Source: an uncultured Clostridia bacterium (GTDB lineage Bacteria > Bacillota > Clostridia > Christensenellales > CAG-917). Taken from it: a stretch of DNA of 64,000 bases. Position 1 is the stretch's first letter, and every line of letters begins with the position of its first letter. Of the stretch, positions 11,101-20,206 are shown piece after piece. Position numbers and translations under genes: made by a program. The stretch is from positions 2,195 to 66,194 of the forward strand of contig CALVNH010000006.1 in assembly GCA_944349635.1 (NCBI GenBank), in the 5' to 3' direction. Under the pieces are notes generated by a model. It was not told the origin of the DNA and searched no databases. It saw nothing but the letters and a program-made list of their open reading frames with translations.

Positions 11101-11419
11101 CGGCGGCTTTTCCGTAGTATTTGAGTTCGTTGCGTCTGTCCTCGATGACTTTGGCAAGCATCATCACTGAGCCCTGCGGAGTCAGGCACCGCTTTATCAG
11201 CGAACCGATTGTCTTTTCCGCAAGCCGTGTAAACGAAGTGACGCTCACGTTGAACGTCGCGGTGAGCCCCAGAGAGGACACGACTCCTCTTTCGGAAGAA
11301 GCCGTAAACTTGTCGGGAACGATGACCACGTGCTCTCCGCCGTCGGACAACCGCTTGCGCAACTCTTCCAGCACGCCCGTGTATGCGCCGTGCGCAGTAT
11401 TAGAAAGAATCAGTTTCAT
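8111..11419 (-). CDS. addB: ATP-dependent helicase/nuclease subunit B (AddB/RexB)
   Basis: 1102 aa. The C-terminal nuclease domain has the GKIDRVD motif and Fe-S cluster cysteines (FQCPYAHYLRY ... GACKFCDYAETCQF). It is paired with addA. Confidence 0.9.
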   Translation of the reverse strand: MKLILSNTAHGAYTGVLEELRKRLSDGGEHVVIVPDKFTASSERGVVSSLGLTATFNVSVTSFTRLAEKTIGSLIKRCLTPQGSVMMLAKVIEDRRNELKYYGKAAGVNGFADEFYAALTAVRNSGVTPDALRRAADDAPAFFKDKLHDLSLIYDGYIGALGDKHSDSSTRLEAFAAYLKTAPPLPVHYYVVDFYDFKAPELAVLEGLSESALSLTIGLADGFDNPNARIYCNGVAERVRKVCGGAETVVFNENLNPVSDMISKRLFSYQPPEKRVDCEGRLSLVSARTRADEILSAVTYIKSKVMKGARYKDFEIVLTDPDSYKAELKSAFVRYDVPFFIDTRELLAEQTKVRYLLSAIAVVRSRFSADEVVEFVKNPLFCTGTILSGEGEEKIKDSASIADVTQDDVFLFENYVLRYNIDYSRFEAPFLLCGDTDRERKEHEAAERVRNKLCAVTRCFRFEHDVDARAFAGAARDFLAGADAAWRIHTEKLTRMSLYYAKCAEQVDEKTDAVLDEMEYVLTAEGNLSYYENILKSALRSVKIALVPTYLDAVFVGDTDSRYVGYGEIIVLGANVGKLPAGKGGGAVLTVKDEELFDALDIGLTPSQKQRIYTELMSVTEIFKKPSRKLVVSYPESSPSGELRPSSVIAELIGMFSENGAPVSVKRAGFDDIPYEECAERAEKVGALLSTPKACFYEILKGADGTGSDELSGVAYMFADKEHKERVDRVYSRQYLPENISLPRTDASENFSSSASRLERYFQCPYAHYLRYILGLNEREKAGFENTDNGTILHAVLEAFFKLVMRGEIDEENMESRVKRIFDDVALSLRRIAVVADQPTVSRRLQRLKEESVSLCEKLFEVGKRSEYSTRYVEEKIGGKEIPPMYLEVDGRRVELKGKIDRVDVLDGKFVVIDYKTYAGADLKLSGIYSGETIQLYVYLNAIADGKGWKPAGVFYLPLSSGFVKEGEKRFKYRGHVIKSVAEASEIDSLFAENPEESVLPYKKPRGKSEDILSADVYFSEEDFAAVASYVAELAKEGVRQITAGRIKPEPLEGACKFCDYAETCQFAEIAPRKRSGDIKISSFYQKDKSGEEAGFADGQSD

Positions 11420-11425
11420 AAGCGG

Positions 11426-11454
11426 AGTATAACACGCCGAAAAACGGATTTCAA
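11426..11454 (-). promoter_or_regulatory. sigma-70-type promoter of addB; the -10 box is 6 nt from the ATG (leaderless transcript predicted)
   Basis: The minus strand reads TTGAAA-17 nt-TATACT-ccgctt-ATG. There is no Shine-Dalgarno sequence between the -10 box and the start codon. Confidence 0.5.
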
Positions 11455-11458
11455 TATT

Positions 11459-11487
11459 GTAACAAATAAAAATTTTTTATTTGTTAC
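11459..11487. repeat. perfect 14-bp-arm AT-rich palindrome adjoining the addB -35 box
   Basis: GTAACAAATAAAAA-t-TTTTTATTTGTTAC read directly. It lies 4 nt beyond the addB -35 hexamer in the addB/lipoprotein divergent region. Confidence 0.85.
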
Positions 11488-11624
11488 TTTCCGTTGATTA
11501 TCGTCGGAAATTCCCGCGCGGCATCTTATCTCCGCTTTGCACGCCCGAGAAAGTCCCGCGATTGGACTTCCCGCAATTCAAAATCCTCTCACGGCAATAA
11601 ATTTGCGCCCGTGCGCGAAAGTTG

Positions 11625-11653
11625 TTGTCTATCGCGTTTTTTTTGGTTATAAT
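11625..11653 (+). promoter_or_regulatory. sigma-70-type promoter of the lipoprotein gene; the -10 box is 9 nt from the ATG
   Basis: TTGTCT-17 nt-TATAAT-gtaaccgct-ATG. No Shine-Dalgarno sequence. Confidence 0.5.
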
Positions 11654-11662
11654 GTAACCGCT

Positions 11663-12556
11663 ATGAAAAAAGTCCTTTCTTTACTTACTGTAATAGCCCT
11701 CGTCGCGGTGTGCGCAGTCGTGTTTACGGCGTGCAACAACGCCACCACGCAGGGACAGCTCAAAAACGTGTGGCAGGATTACGAAAAGTACACCTACTCC
11801 GTTTCGTATGACGGTCAGACGGGCGAATACGTCAACGAAATCGTCCGCTATGCGAGCGGGGCTTCCGTGTCCGTCGGTCCCAATTCGCTGAAAGCCAAGA
11901 ACGGCTATCTCGTGTCCGGTAAATTGACGATGGGCACCTCCGTCGTGGAAACGCAGTGCTTCTTCGAATGCAGCGAGGGTTCCACATATCTCGTGCCCAA
12001 AGCCACCTACCGCAAAGTTTCCGAAAACGGTGCCGACGTGTCCGTAATGAGCGGAGTTTACGAAGGCTCCACTTTGAATTATGCCTTCAAAGCGACGGGT
12101 TCCGACACGCAGACGGGCTCTGTGAAACTCTCCTCGCCCTACTACGACAACAACGAATTCCATCAGTCGTTGCGCGGAATTTCCACCTTCTCGTCCTCGC
12201 TCTCCTTCACGTTCAATACGGCGCTGATTGCCGCCGACGAAAAGACGTCCGCCTCTTTGAACTTTGCCGTCAATTCCACCGAAAACGTCACCACGGGCAT
12301 TTCCGTCGACAACGGCGAGGGCGGCACCTCTCCCCTTTCTGTCGAGTGCTACAAGGCGACGCTGTCCCGCAGTACGGTTGTGGCGAGCAAAACGCACACC
12401 CTTTACTATGCCGTCAACGACCTCAAAGTGTCCGTTGACAAAGGCGTTTCCGATGAAGGCTGGCCGCTTGCACACGTTCTCGTCAAAATCGTGGAACCGG
12501 GCGAAAAAGGCGACGTGACCTACGTTTTGACCGCAATAGATATCGTAAAAGCATAA
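11663..12556 (+). CDS. hypothetical lipoprotein
   Basis: ORF 11537-12556, start moved to ATG 11663. MKKVLSLLTVIALVAVCAVVFTAC-NN is a signal peptide plus lipobox. The mature part is rich in S/T/V/N and looks beta-rich. No family recognised. Confidence 0.75.
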   Translation: MKKVLSLLTVIALVAVCAVVFTACNNATTQGQLKNVWQDYEKYTYSVSYDGQTGEYVNEIVRYASGASVSVGPNSLKAKNGYLVSGKLTMGTSVVETQCFFECSEGSTYLVPKATYRKVSENGADVSVMSGVYEGSTLNYAFKATGSDTQTGSVKLSSPYYDNNEFHQSLRGISTFSSSLSFTFNTALIAADEKTSASLNFAVNSTENVTTGISVDNGEGGTSPLSVECYKATLSRSTVVASKTHTLYYAVNDLKVSVDKGVSDEGWPLAHVLVKIVEPGEKGDVTYVLTAIDIVKA

Positions 12557-12601
12557 CAACATTTTTCCCGTCGGTTGAATTCGGCGGATTCGGCAACAAA
12601 G

Positions 12602-12629
12602 AAAAGCGTCGCACACCGCGACGCTTTTT
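12602..12629. terminator. bidirectional intrinsic terminator
   Basis: AAAA-GCGTCGC-acacc-GCGACGC-TTTTT, located between convergent genes. Confidence 0.75.
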
Positions 12630-12651
12630 CAATTCGTGAACCACTCGGAAA

Positions 12652-13386
12652 TTACAGCCTTCCGAGCCCCAGAGCCTTGCAGATTTCTTCCAGGCTCTCC
12701 GTCGGGTGCTGCGCCTCTTCCAGAGAAAAACCCGCCGCGGGAACGGCTTTGACTTCCGTTGCCGCGTCGTTCTTCTGTCTGCCCTGCTTCTCTTCCCTGT
12801 CCTTTCTTTCGGCGGCTTTCAGAATCTTTTCTTTCAGCTCTTCCGTTATCGGGTCGCCGCCTCCCAGTCTGTCGGACTCGGAGCGAAACTCCGTTTCCGT
12901 TTCCTCGCACGGAAGCCCCTTGTCCAACGAAAAATCCTGGGAAAGATATTTTTCAAGTTCCAGTTTTACGGACACAGCCACGCTCTCCATATTCAACGCA
13001 TCCTTTCCGAAATTGTAGCGCTCCTTGATTTCCTCGTATGCCGAAGTCCATTTCGCACGGAAAAGTTTCAGCCTTTCCAATTCCAGAGCGTATCTGAATT
13101 TGACGTCCAGAAGCGTTTTTTCCGCTTTTTCCGTGGCGGACAAAAGCGCGGTTTTTATGCTCTCTTCCCTGTCGCGGTAAACCTGCAACTCCTCCGTCAG
13201 ACGCTCGCAGTCGGCTTTGAGAACGCGAATGCGCTCTTTCTGCTCCATTCCCGCGCGCTCCGCCTTGTCGCGCTCCAACGCGATGTACGCTTCCACCGAT
13301 TCCACGTCGTAACCGCGACGCACTTTTGCGAACATGGGCTGCGGATTTCTTCCGCGAAAAGACGGTTTTTCCTTTTTGTTTCTCAC
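12652..13386 (-). CDS. DivIVA-domain coiled-coil protein
   Basis: 244 aa with a GTG start at 13386 preceded by AGGAG. The N-terminal FAKVRRGYDVESVEAYI resembles the DivIVA N-terminal motif. It is followed by a long charged coiled-coil-like region. Confidence 0.65.
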   Translation of the reverse strand: MRNKKEKPSFRGRNPQPMFAKVRRGYDVESVEAYIALERDKAERAGMEQKERIRVLKADCERLTEELQVYRDREESIKTALLSATEKAEKTLLDVKFRYALELERLKLFRAKWTSAYEEIKERYNFGKDALNMESVAVSVKLELEKYLSQDFSLDKGLPCEETETEFRSESDRLGGGDPITEELKEKILKAAERKDREEKQGRQKNDAATEVKAVPAAGFSLEEAQHPTESLEEICKALGLGRL

Positions 13387-13511
13387 GTTACTCTCCTACA
13401 AAAAACTACCCTTCCAGTCTATACGGGAAGGGTGTCGAGAGATGTCCGTCCGTGTGCCTATTTTGGCACACGCGGGAATAATTTGTCGCTTTGACCTTCG
13501 GGCGCCGCCTT

Positions 13512-14957
13512 TCAGCCCACGTCGTGCGCTTGGCGCAGAAGTTCGGTTTTGAGGTTCCAGAGTCTTTCGCTGAGGTCCACCTTGTAATACTGAGTGTTGA
13601 CCACTCGCTTGTATTCCGGGAAAAACTCCGCCTTTGCCGCGTCGTGATATTCCCCTATTTCGCGGAGCGAAGGCAGCTTGTAGACCTGCCGTCCTTTCTC
13701 GAACACGGGCACCATGAGCTCCTTCACCGTGTAGTCGGTGAAAGTCATGCGTTTGTAGGTCTGCTCGGGGTGGAAAATCGTTAGAGGCGAAGAGAGGTCT
13801 ATCTGCTCCTCTTCCAGGCACATGAGGTCGGCAGCCGCCATACCTTTCCTGTATATTCTGACAATTTTCTTGACGCCGGGATTTGTGGTCTTTTCGGGGC
13901 TGTCCGAAACCTTGATTTTTGCCGTCAACGCGCCGTTTTCCTCTATGGCACACAGCTTGTATACGCCGCCGAGAGAGGCGTTGGAAAAACTGGTGATGAG
14001 TTTTGTGCCAATTCCGTAAACGTCGATTTTGGCGTCCTGAGAGTTCAGCGCGAGAAGCACGTTCTCGTCGATGTCGTTTGATGCGAAAATCAGGCAGTCG
14101 GAGTGCCCCGCCGCGTCCAGCATCTTGCGCGCCTCACGGCTGAGGTATGCCAAATCGCCGCTGTCGAGTCTTATTCCGATGGGTTTGTGCCCCGCCGCTT
14201 TGAGTTTGTCGAAAACCTTGATGGCGTTGGGCACGCCGCTTTTGAGCGTGTCGTATGTGTCCACCAGAAGCAAACACACATCGGGATAAATTTCCGCGTA
14301 CTTTTCGAATGCTTCCAGTTCGGTGGGGAAAGTCATAACCCAACTGTGAGAGTGAGTGCCCTTCACCGCGATGTCGAACATCTGCCCCGCCAGCACGTTG
14401 GAGGTGGAACGGCAACCGCCGATATACGCCGCCCTCGCGCCGTAAACTCCGGCGTCCGCGCCCTGTGCTCTGCGCAAACCGAATTCCAGTATCTGTGCGT
14501 TGGTGCACGCGCAAAGACGCGCCGCCGTCGTGGCAATCAAGGTCTGGTGATTGATTATCGTGAGCAATGCGGTCTCTATGAGCTGTGCCTCGAAAATGGG
14601 TGCCTTGACCGTGAGAATGGGCTCGTAAGGGAAAATCACCGTTCCTTCCGGCACTGCCTTGATGTCACCCGTAAAGCGGAAATTCCTGAGTTTGTTCAAG
14701 AAGTTCTCGGGAAAAATCCCGAGTGAACGGAGATAGCCCAGGTCCTCTTCGGAAAAATGCAGATTGTTGATATACTCGACTGCCTGTTCCAATCCCGCCG
14801 CCACGGCGTAGGAATACCCGCCGTTGCCGCGGTAAAAGAGGTCGAACACGGCGATACGGTCGCTCAGTCCGCACTGATAATAACCGTTTATCATGGTCAG
14901 CTGATAAAGGTCTGTGAGCATTGTGAGATTGCGCTTGTCGCATTGTGTGATTTTCAT
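13512..14957 (-). CDS. pncB: nicotinate phosphoribosyltransferase
   Basis: 481 aa. It has the characteristic N-terminus MLTDLYQLTMINGYY and the length typical of the NAPRTase family. Confidence 0.9.
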   Translation of the reverse strand: MKITQCDKRNLTMLTDLYQLTMINGYYQCGLSDRIAVFDLFYRGNGGYSYAVAAGLEQAVEYINNLHFSEEDLGYLRSLGIFPENFLNKLRNFRFTGDIKAVPEGTVIFPYEPILTVKAPIFEAQLIETALLTIINHQTLIATTAARLCACTNAQILEFGLRRAQGADAGVYGARAAYIGGCRSTSNVLAGQMFDIAVKGTHSHSWVMTFPTELEAFEKYAEIYPDVCLLLVDTYDTLKSGVPNAIKVFDKLKAAGHKPIGIRLDSGDLAYLSREARKMLDAAGHSDCLIFASNDIDENVLLALNSQDAKIDVYGIGTKLITSFSNASLGGVYKLCAIEENGALTAKIKVSDSPEKTTNPGVKKIVRIYRKGMAAADLMCLEEEQIDLSSPLTIFHPEQTYKRMTFTDYTVKELMVPVFEKGRQVYKLPSLREIGEYHDAAKAEFFPEYKRVVNTQYYKVDLSERLWNLKTELLRQAHDVG

Positions 14958-15006
14958 AATAGTGACGTTTCCTTTCGGAGTCCGTTGACCCCGACGTCGG
15001 CTTGTT

Positions 15007-16089
15007 TCAAACCGTCTCCGGGGGTTTCGTCGTTTTTTTCTCGACGGCTTTTTTCTTCGGCAGTTTCCAGGGTGTCTTTACTTTGACGATGTAATCCTCT
15101 TCGCCGAGATTCACCACTGTGATTTCGTCAACGCCGTAGAACTTCCACGCAAAGCCCTTTTTTCTGCCCAACAGTCTGACGACGAAACCGTAATTCGCTA
15201 TGTCGAATCGGTCAAGTTCCGTGACGTCCAGCATGCCGTCGTTCACGGCGTTGTTCACTTTTCGGAAACTCTGCCTGGTCATGCATATCAAAACGTACGC
15301 CGCTCCGAGAATGAGAGAAACGGGCACCAGCACGAAACAAGCCACCTGCGTGACGGGAACGGCGTCCAGACGCAGGAACTCCAGCAGTCCTCTGCCAAGG
15401 AAGTACCAGAAGAAATAGCAGAATCCCAAAATGCCGGGAAAACGCTTGTTCTTGCGCCAGATTGCGAAGAAAATGCACGCACCGATAAAGTTCCACACCA
15501 TTTCGTAGAAGAACGTGGCGGCATACCAGCCCTCGCCCATCCATTTGTCCGCAAGCTCAACCCCGCTGGGTCTGTCGATATAAACCGCGAACGGAAAATG
15601 CTGAAATCTGGGGTCGGCAATATGAATGCCGAAGGCTTCCTGATTGATGAAGTTGCCTATTCTGCCTATAATCTGCCCCGTGAGCAACGGCACGATGACC
15701 AGGTCGACGACGTTGCCGAAATTGCACTTCTTCCGCATGCGCACGGAAAAGATTATCGCGCCTATGATTCCGCCGAAAATGCCGCCTATTATCGTGATTC
15801 CTCCGTCCCACACGGCAATCATATCCACGAAGTCGTCCCAGCTTTCAATCGGAAAATATACGTCGGGACGCGGCAGAACGTAAAACAGTCTGCCGAAGAT
15901 AATTGCAAGCGGAATAAGCCACAAAAAGAGTTCTATCGCGTCATCTATGTTCAGATTCACGCGCTTGCATTCGAAGCATACGATGGCAAGCCCCGCTATC
16001 ATTCCGATGACGATTATTATGCCGTACCAGGCGACGTCCACACCGCCTATGGTGAAAGCTATCCTGTCGATTGCCGAAAGCAGATTCAT
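15007..16089 (-). CDS. lgt: prolipoprotein diacylglyceryl transferase with a C-terminal hydrophilic extension
   Basis: ORF 15007-16116. It carries the Lgt signature GRIGNFINQEAFG in a polytopic core. Tandem ATGs at 16092 and 16089 overlap the galK stop codon. About 90 extra hydrophilic residues sit at the C-terminus. Confidence 0.85.
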   Translation of the reverse strand: MNLLSAIDRIAFTIGGVDVAWYGIIIVIGMIAGLAIVCFECKRVNLNIDDAIELFLWLIPLAIIFGRLFYVLPRPDVYFPIESWDDFVDMIAVWDGGITIIGGIFGGIIGAIIFSVRMRKKCNFGNVVDLVIVPLLTGQIIGRIGNFINQEAFGIHIADPRFQHFPFAVYIDRPSGVELADKWMGEGWYAATFFYEMVWNFIGACIFFAIWRKNKRFPGILGFCYFFWYFLGRGLLEFLRLDAVPVTQVACFVLVPVSLILGAAYVLICMTRQSFRKVNNAVNDGMLDVTELDRFDIANYGFVVRLLGRKKGFAWKFYGVDEITVVNLGEEDYIVKVKTPWKLPKKKAVEKKTTKPPETV

Positions 16090-17357
16090 CATTCCTCCGC
16101 AAACACCACTTTGCACGCACCGGAGGCGCGAATAGAGAGTTTGAATACGTTATCTTTGCCGAAAACGGCATTTAATCGGTTGTTTACTGCACAAGAACTG
16201 CTCTTTTCGACAAACAGCAGTATCGTGCCCGCAAATCCGCCGCCGTGCACGCGGCATGCCTTCACACCCGGAATCTTTTCGGCTTCCGCCAAGGCAATCT
16301 CTATGGCGTGGTCTCCTCTTTCCGAATAAAGGTTCTGCAACTTTTTCGCGGAACTCATACCCGACGCCCTCACCTGTTCGAGGAAAGTCTTTTCGTCGCA
16401 ATCCTTGACCGCGGCGATTGCTTTTTCCACCCTGGCGTTCTCCTCGTAGTAGTGCTCGGCTCTGAGCAACGCGCGGGGCGACAGTTTGTCTCGCAGAGAG
16501 TCTTCCGCAGCATAGAACGCCGCAGGCTCCACGTCACGGAGATATTTGCCGCCGAGAGCTTCCGCAACGCTCTTCATTTCCGCGGGAATCGCGGCATAAT
16601 CGTCCGTGAGGTCGCAATGGTCGCCGCCCGTTGCGACGACGTAAACGTCTATGTCGTCAAATCTCCACGCTGCACTTTCAACAATAGGGTTCTCGAAACT
16701 GCGGAAGTCAATCATATTGACGCCGCCGAGAGCTATGGCACTCTGGTCCATAAGTCCGCACGGCTTTCCGAAAAACATGTTTTCCGCATATTGCGAGGCT
16801 TTCGCCTTGAAAATCGCGTCGAGGGCGCCGTCGTTGTAATACACGTTGAAGATTTCGGCAATTATGAGTTCGAAAGAGCTGGACGACGACACGCCGCTGC
16901 CCTTGGGCACTATGGAATCCATGCACGCATTGAATCCACCCACCTTCTTCCCCGCACGCACGAAGTAGTCTGCAACGCCCTTGATGAGTGCCGTGGACGT
17001 GCCCAGTTCGCTCTGCCTGAAAGATATGTCTGCAAGGTCCACTTTCAGCATGGGATAATTTTCGGACTTGACTTCGATTTTGTTGTCGTCGCGACGGGAA
17101 ACCGCGCCGAGAGTGTCTACCGTTATGGCCGCGGCAAGCACCTTGCCCGCGTTGTGGTCGGTGTGATTGCCGATGATTTCTATTCTGCCCGGGGAAGAGA
17201 AGAAATCCGTGTAATCGCAGCCGAAGATTTCGCCGTGAAAATTCGCGAGTTTGGGAAATCTGTAAATCTGCGACGGAGCGGACTCTCCGTACAAGGCGGA
17301 AACCGCCGATGCAAAGTCCTTTTTGTTTTCAAAATATTCTGTCGAAAGTGTTGCCAT
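16089..17357 (-). CDS. galK: galactokinase
   Basis: 422 aa. It has the galactokinase signature GRIEIIGNHTDHNAG and the GHMP ATP motif PKGSGVSSSSS. GGAGAAAGG RBS. Confidence 0.9.
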   Translation of the reverse strand: MATLSTEYFENKKDFASAVSALYGESAPSQIYRFPKLANFHGEIFGCDYTDFFSSPGRIEIIGNHTDHNAGKVLAAAITVDTLGAVSRRDDNKIEVKSENYPMLKVDLADISFRQSELGTSTALIKGVADYFVRAGKKVGGFNACMDSIVPKGSGVSSSSSFELIIAEIFNVYYNDGALDAIFKAKASQYAENMFFGKPCGLMDQSAIALGGVNMIDFRSFENPIVESAAWRFDDIDVYVVATGGDHCDLTDDYAAIPAEMKSVAEALGGKYLRDVEPAAFYAAEDSLRDKLSPRALLRAEHYYEENARVEKAIAAVKDCDEKTFLEQVRASGMSSAKKLQNLYSERGDHAIEIALAEAEKIPGVKACRVHGGGFAGTILLFVEKSSSCAVNNRLNAVFGKDNVFKLSIRASGACKVVFAEE

Positions 17358-17451
17358 TTATACCTTTCTCCAATATAATATATATACCATTTCCAATGAT
17401 ACCACAGCGGTCGTGCGTTTGCAAGAGAAAAGCAATCCGCTCGGAGGTTTT

Positions 17452-19002
17452 ATGTCCCCTAGAAAATCTTTTGAAGAAATTGCCCGTAACAGGGTGGCTT
17501 GTCTTGTCGACTACGCCGTCGGCAACCTCGGTCTGGACGAAGCGGACGCCGTTTACGCCACCAATTCTCTCCTCGACGCACTCGGTCTGACAGAGCCTTC
17601 CGACGCTCCCGTCGGAGAATACGATTTTTACGAAGTACTGCACGGATTGAGCGAATTTGCCGTTCGCAAAAACATCTGCGACGAAACGGAGAAAATCCTT
17701 TTCGAAACCAAACTCATGGGAATGGTGATGCCCTCTCCGTCCAAGGTTATCGAGACTTTCGACAACATCGCGGCGTACAGCGGGAGCATGAAAGCCGCTC
17801 AATGGCTGGGCGAACTTTCCGAAAAATCGGCTTACATCCGTCGCCCCGACATCGACAGGAATATACGCTGGGAATACGACAATCCCCGCGGAAAAATAGT
17901 CGTCACCATCAACCTTGCCAAACCCGAAAAAACTCCCGAAGAAGTCCGCAGGGCAAAGGAAGCCAAAACAGGTTATCCCAAATGCCTTCTCTGCGCCGAG
18001 AACGTCGGTTTCGCGGGCAACGCCGCACACCCCGCTCGCCAGAATTTGCGCACGATTCCGTTTGAACTCGACGGCGAAAACTGGTTCATGCAGTTCTCCC
18101 CCTACGTCTATTTCGAACAGCACGTTATCGTCGTTTGCAAAGAACACCGTCCCATGCAGATTTCGGCGGGTACGTTCAGACGTATGCTCGATTTCGTCGA
18201 TTTGTTCCCCGAATATTTCATCGGCTCAAACGCCGCTCTCCCCATTGTCGGCGGCTCCATTCTCGCCCACGACCACTATCAGGGCGGCAAAAAAGTGCTC
18301 CCCATCTTCCGTTGCGGCAACAGAAAGCATTTCCCCGTGCCCAATTATCCCGAAGTTTCCGTTGCCGTCGCCGACTGGTACAATTCCGTCGTTCGCATCG
18401 AAAGCAAAAATCGGGCAAAACTGCTGGAAGTCGTGGAAAAATTCCGCGTCGCGTGGGATAACTACTCCGACGAAAGCGCAAACATCCTCTGCAAAACCGT
18501 AAATGAGGACGGCGTCGAGACCCAACACAACGCAATCACTCCCACGGCGTGCATCAACGACGACGGCGAATATCAAATCAACCTCATTCTTCGCAACAAT
18601 CGCACGGACGAAGCGCATCCGTTCGGCATTTTTCACCCCGCCAAAGAGCTCCACAACATCAAGCAGGAAGCGATTGGCATCATCGAGGTTCAGGGCGTGT
18701 TCATTCTCCCCGGCAGACTGCAAAAGGAATGTGAGGAAATTAAAGACATTCTCACGGGCAAAACTCCTCTCGATTTCAAAGCCCTTGCCGACGAAGCGCA
18801 TCCTTTGCACAAACACCTCGGCATGATTGCGCAACTCGTGGCAGACCACGGCAACGCAATGAAGGACGACGCCGCGGCAGACGCAATCACGGACTACATC
18901 AACGTCACCTGCGAAAAGATACTTGACACCACCGCGGTGTTCAAAAACGACGAGAACGGTCAGGCGGCGTTTGAGAAATTCATTCTCTCCGTCATAGGAT
19001 GA
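17452..19002 (+). CDS. galT: UDP-glucose--hexose-1-phosphate uridylyltransferase (long, type 2 GalT)
   Basis: ORF 17323-19002, start moved to ATG 17452 (GGAGG 4 nt upstream). 516 aa with the ILAHDHYQGG His motif. It is divergent from galK. Confidence 0.9.
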   Translation: MSPRKSFEEIARNRVACLVDYAVGNLGLDEADAVYATNSLLDALGLTEPSDAPVGEYDFYEVLHGLSEFAVRKNICDETEKILFETKLMGMVMPSPSKVIETFDNIAAYSGSMKAAQWLGELSEKSAYIRRPDIDRNIRWEYDNPRGKIVVTINLAKPEKTPEEVRRAKEAKTGYPKCLLCAENVGFAGNAAHPARQNLRTIPFELDGENWFMQFSPYVYFEQHVIVVCKEHRPMQISAGTFRRMLDFVDLFPEYFIGSNAALPIVGGSILAHDHYQGGKKVLPIFRCGNRKHFPVPNYPEVSVAVADWYNSVVRIESKNRAKLLEVVEKFRVAWDNYSDESANILCKTVNEDGVETQHNAITPTACINDDGEYQINLILRNNRTDEAHPFGIFHPAKELHNIKQEAIGIIEVQGVFILPGRLQKECEEIKDILTGKTPLDFKALADEAHPLHKHLGMIAQLVADHGNAMKDDAAADAITDYINVTCEKILDTTAVFKNDENGQAAFEKFILSVIG

Positions 19003-19125
19003 CTCTTTCCCGTTTGTCCGACTGCAACACAATGCGGTTTTGTCAATGACAACAAGCAAACCGACAAGATAAAGACAAGAAACAAACGAAGCGAACTTCT
19101 CAATCAACACAACGATAAAACAAAA

Positions 19126-19150
19126 AGCGCACATTCGAGTGCGCTTTTTT
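19126..19150. terminator. bidirectional intrinsic terminator
   Basis: AAAA-AGCGCAC-attcga-GTGCGCT-TTTTT. Confidence 0.8.
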
Positions 19151-19413
19151 AATTGCAGTTGTTTCTTGAAATTGCGTTCACCCGACGGGCTTTGTGACGA
19201 CGTTCCTCCGTTACAGAGCTTTGCAACTCAACACGGCTTATGCCAAATTCATTTCCGATGCCGCCTTATCGGTAAACCGAAAACCGTCCTGTTGCTCCCG
19301 CCTTTGCTTTCTCGATGCATAACACATCGTCGCAAAAGACTGTCGAACCGTCAATGCGGGGCGAAGCAGAAAAAACATCTTCGTGCAATCGGGAAACCGC
19401 AACAAAAAAAGGT

Positions 19414-19998
19414 TTACAGCTCAATTCTGCTTGATAAAGCCCTAGAAAGCGTGCTTTCGTCGGCATATTCAATTACGCTGCCTTCCGGCAGACCGCGGGC
19501 TATTCTGGTGACTTTGATACCGAGAGGCTTGATGAGACGTGCGATGTACATTGCGGTGGCTTCGCCTTCCACATCGGGGTTTGTAGCGAGAATTACCTCC
19601 TCCACTCCGTCAAGCCTGGCAAGTAGTTCCTTGATTCTGATGTCCTCCGGACCAACCCTGTCCATAGGTGAAATCACACCGTGCAGAACGTGATACACGC
19701 CGTCGTAGCCTTTGACCTTTTCCAGCGCCGTTACGTCCTTCGGCTCCTTGACCACGCAGATTGTACGCGGCTTTCTGGTGGCGCATATCTCGCACACCTC
19801 GCCCTCCGCGAAATTGCCGCATACTTTGCAGAAATGCACCTTTTCTTTTACGTTTTTTATGGCGTTTATCAGTTCCTCCACCTCTTCGTCGGGGGCTTCC
19901 AACACGGCGTACGCGTAACGCGCCGCCGTCTTTTCGCCGACGGAAGGAAGTTTGCCGAAAGCGCCGATAAGCCTTGCCAGTGGCTCAATGTATTTCAT
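19414..19998 (-). CDS. recR: recombination protein RecR
   Basis: ORF 19414-20151, start moved to ATG 19998. The N-terminus MKYIEPLARLIGAFGKLPSVGEKTAARYAY is the HhH region. It also has the C4 zinc finger CKVCGNFAEGEVCEIC and a Toprim domain. Confidence 0.92.
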   Translation of the reverse strand: MKYIEPLARLIGAFGKLPSVGEKTAARYAYAVLEAPDEEVEELINAIKNVKEKVHFCKVCGNFAEGEVCEICATRKPRTICVVKEPKDVTALEKVKGYDGVYHVLHGVISPMDRVGPEDIRIKELLARLDGVEEVILATNPDVEGEATAMYIARLIKPLGIKVTRIARGLPEGSVIEYADESTLSRALSSRIEL

Positions 19999-20206
19999 AC
20001 TTTGTTCACCTGAAAACCGCGCCGTCGCACCGAGCGACGGAACACATCGCAACGGAAAACCGTCCGCGTGTCGCGCATAACGTTCAATGCCGACGGGAAG
20101 TCCGAGAGCGACGGATATACGTCGCAAACGTGCGCCGCGCACGAAAACCAATCACACCGATTGCGCACGCAAACGCAAAATTCACCCGCTTAGATAGCGT
20201 ATTTTA

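Noticed and set aside
19151-19413. Possible small gene (yaaL/bofA-like) or sRNA downstream of recR, before the terminator.
   Set aside because: All candidate small ORFs lack an RBS or an acceptable start codon. ORF 19266-19472 overlaps recR out of frame. I saw no convincing structure.
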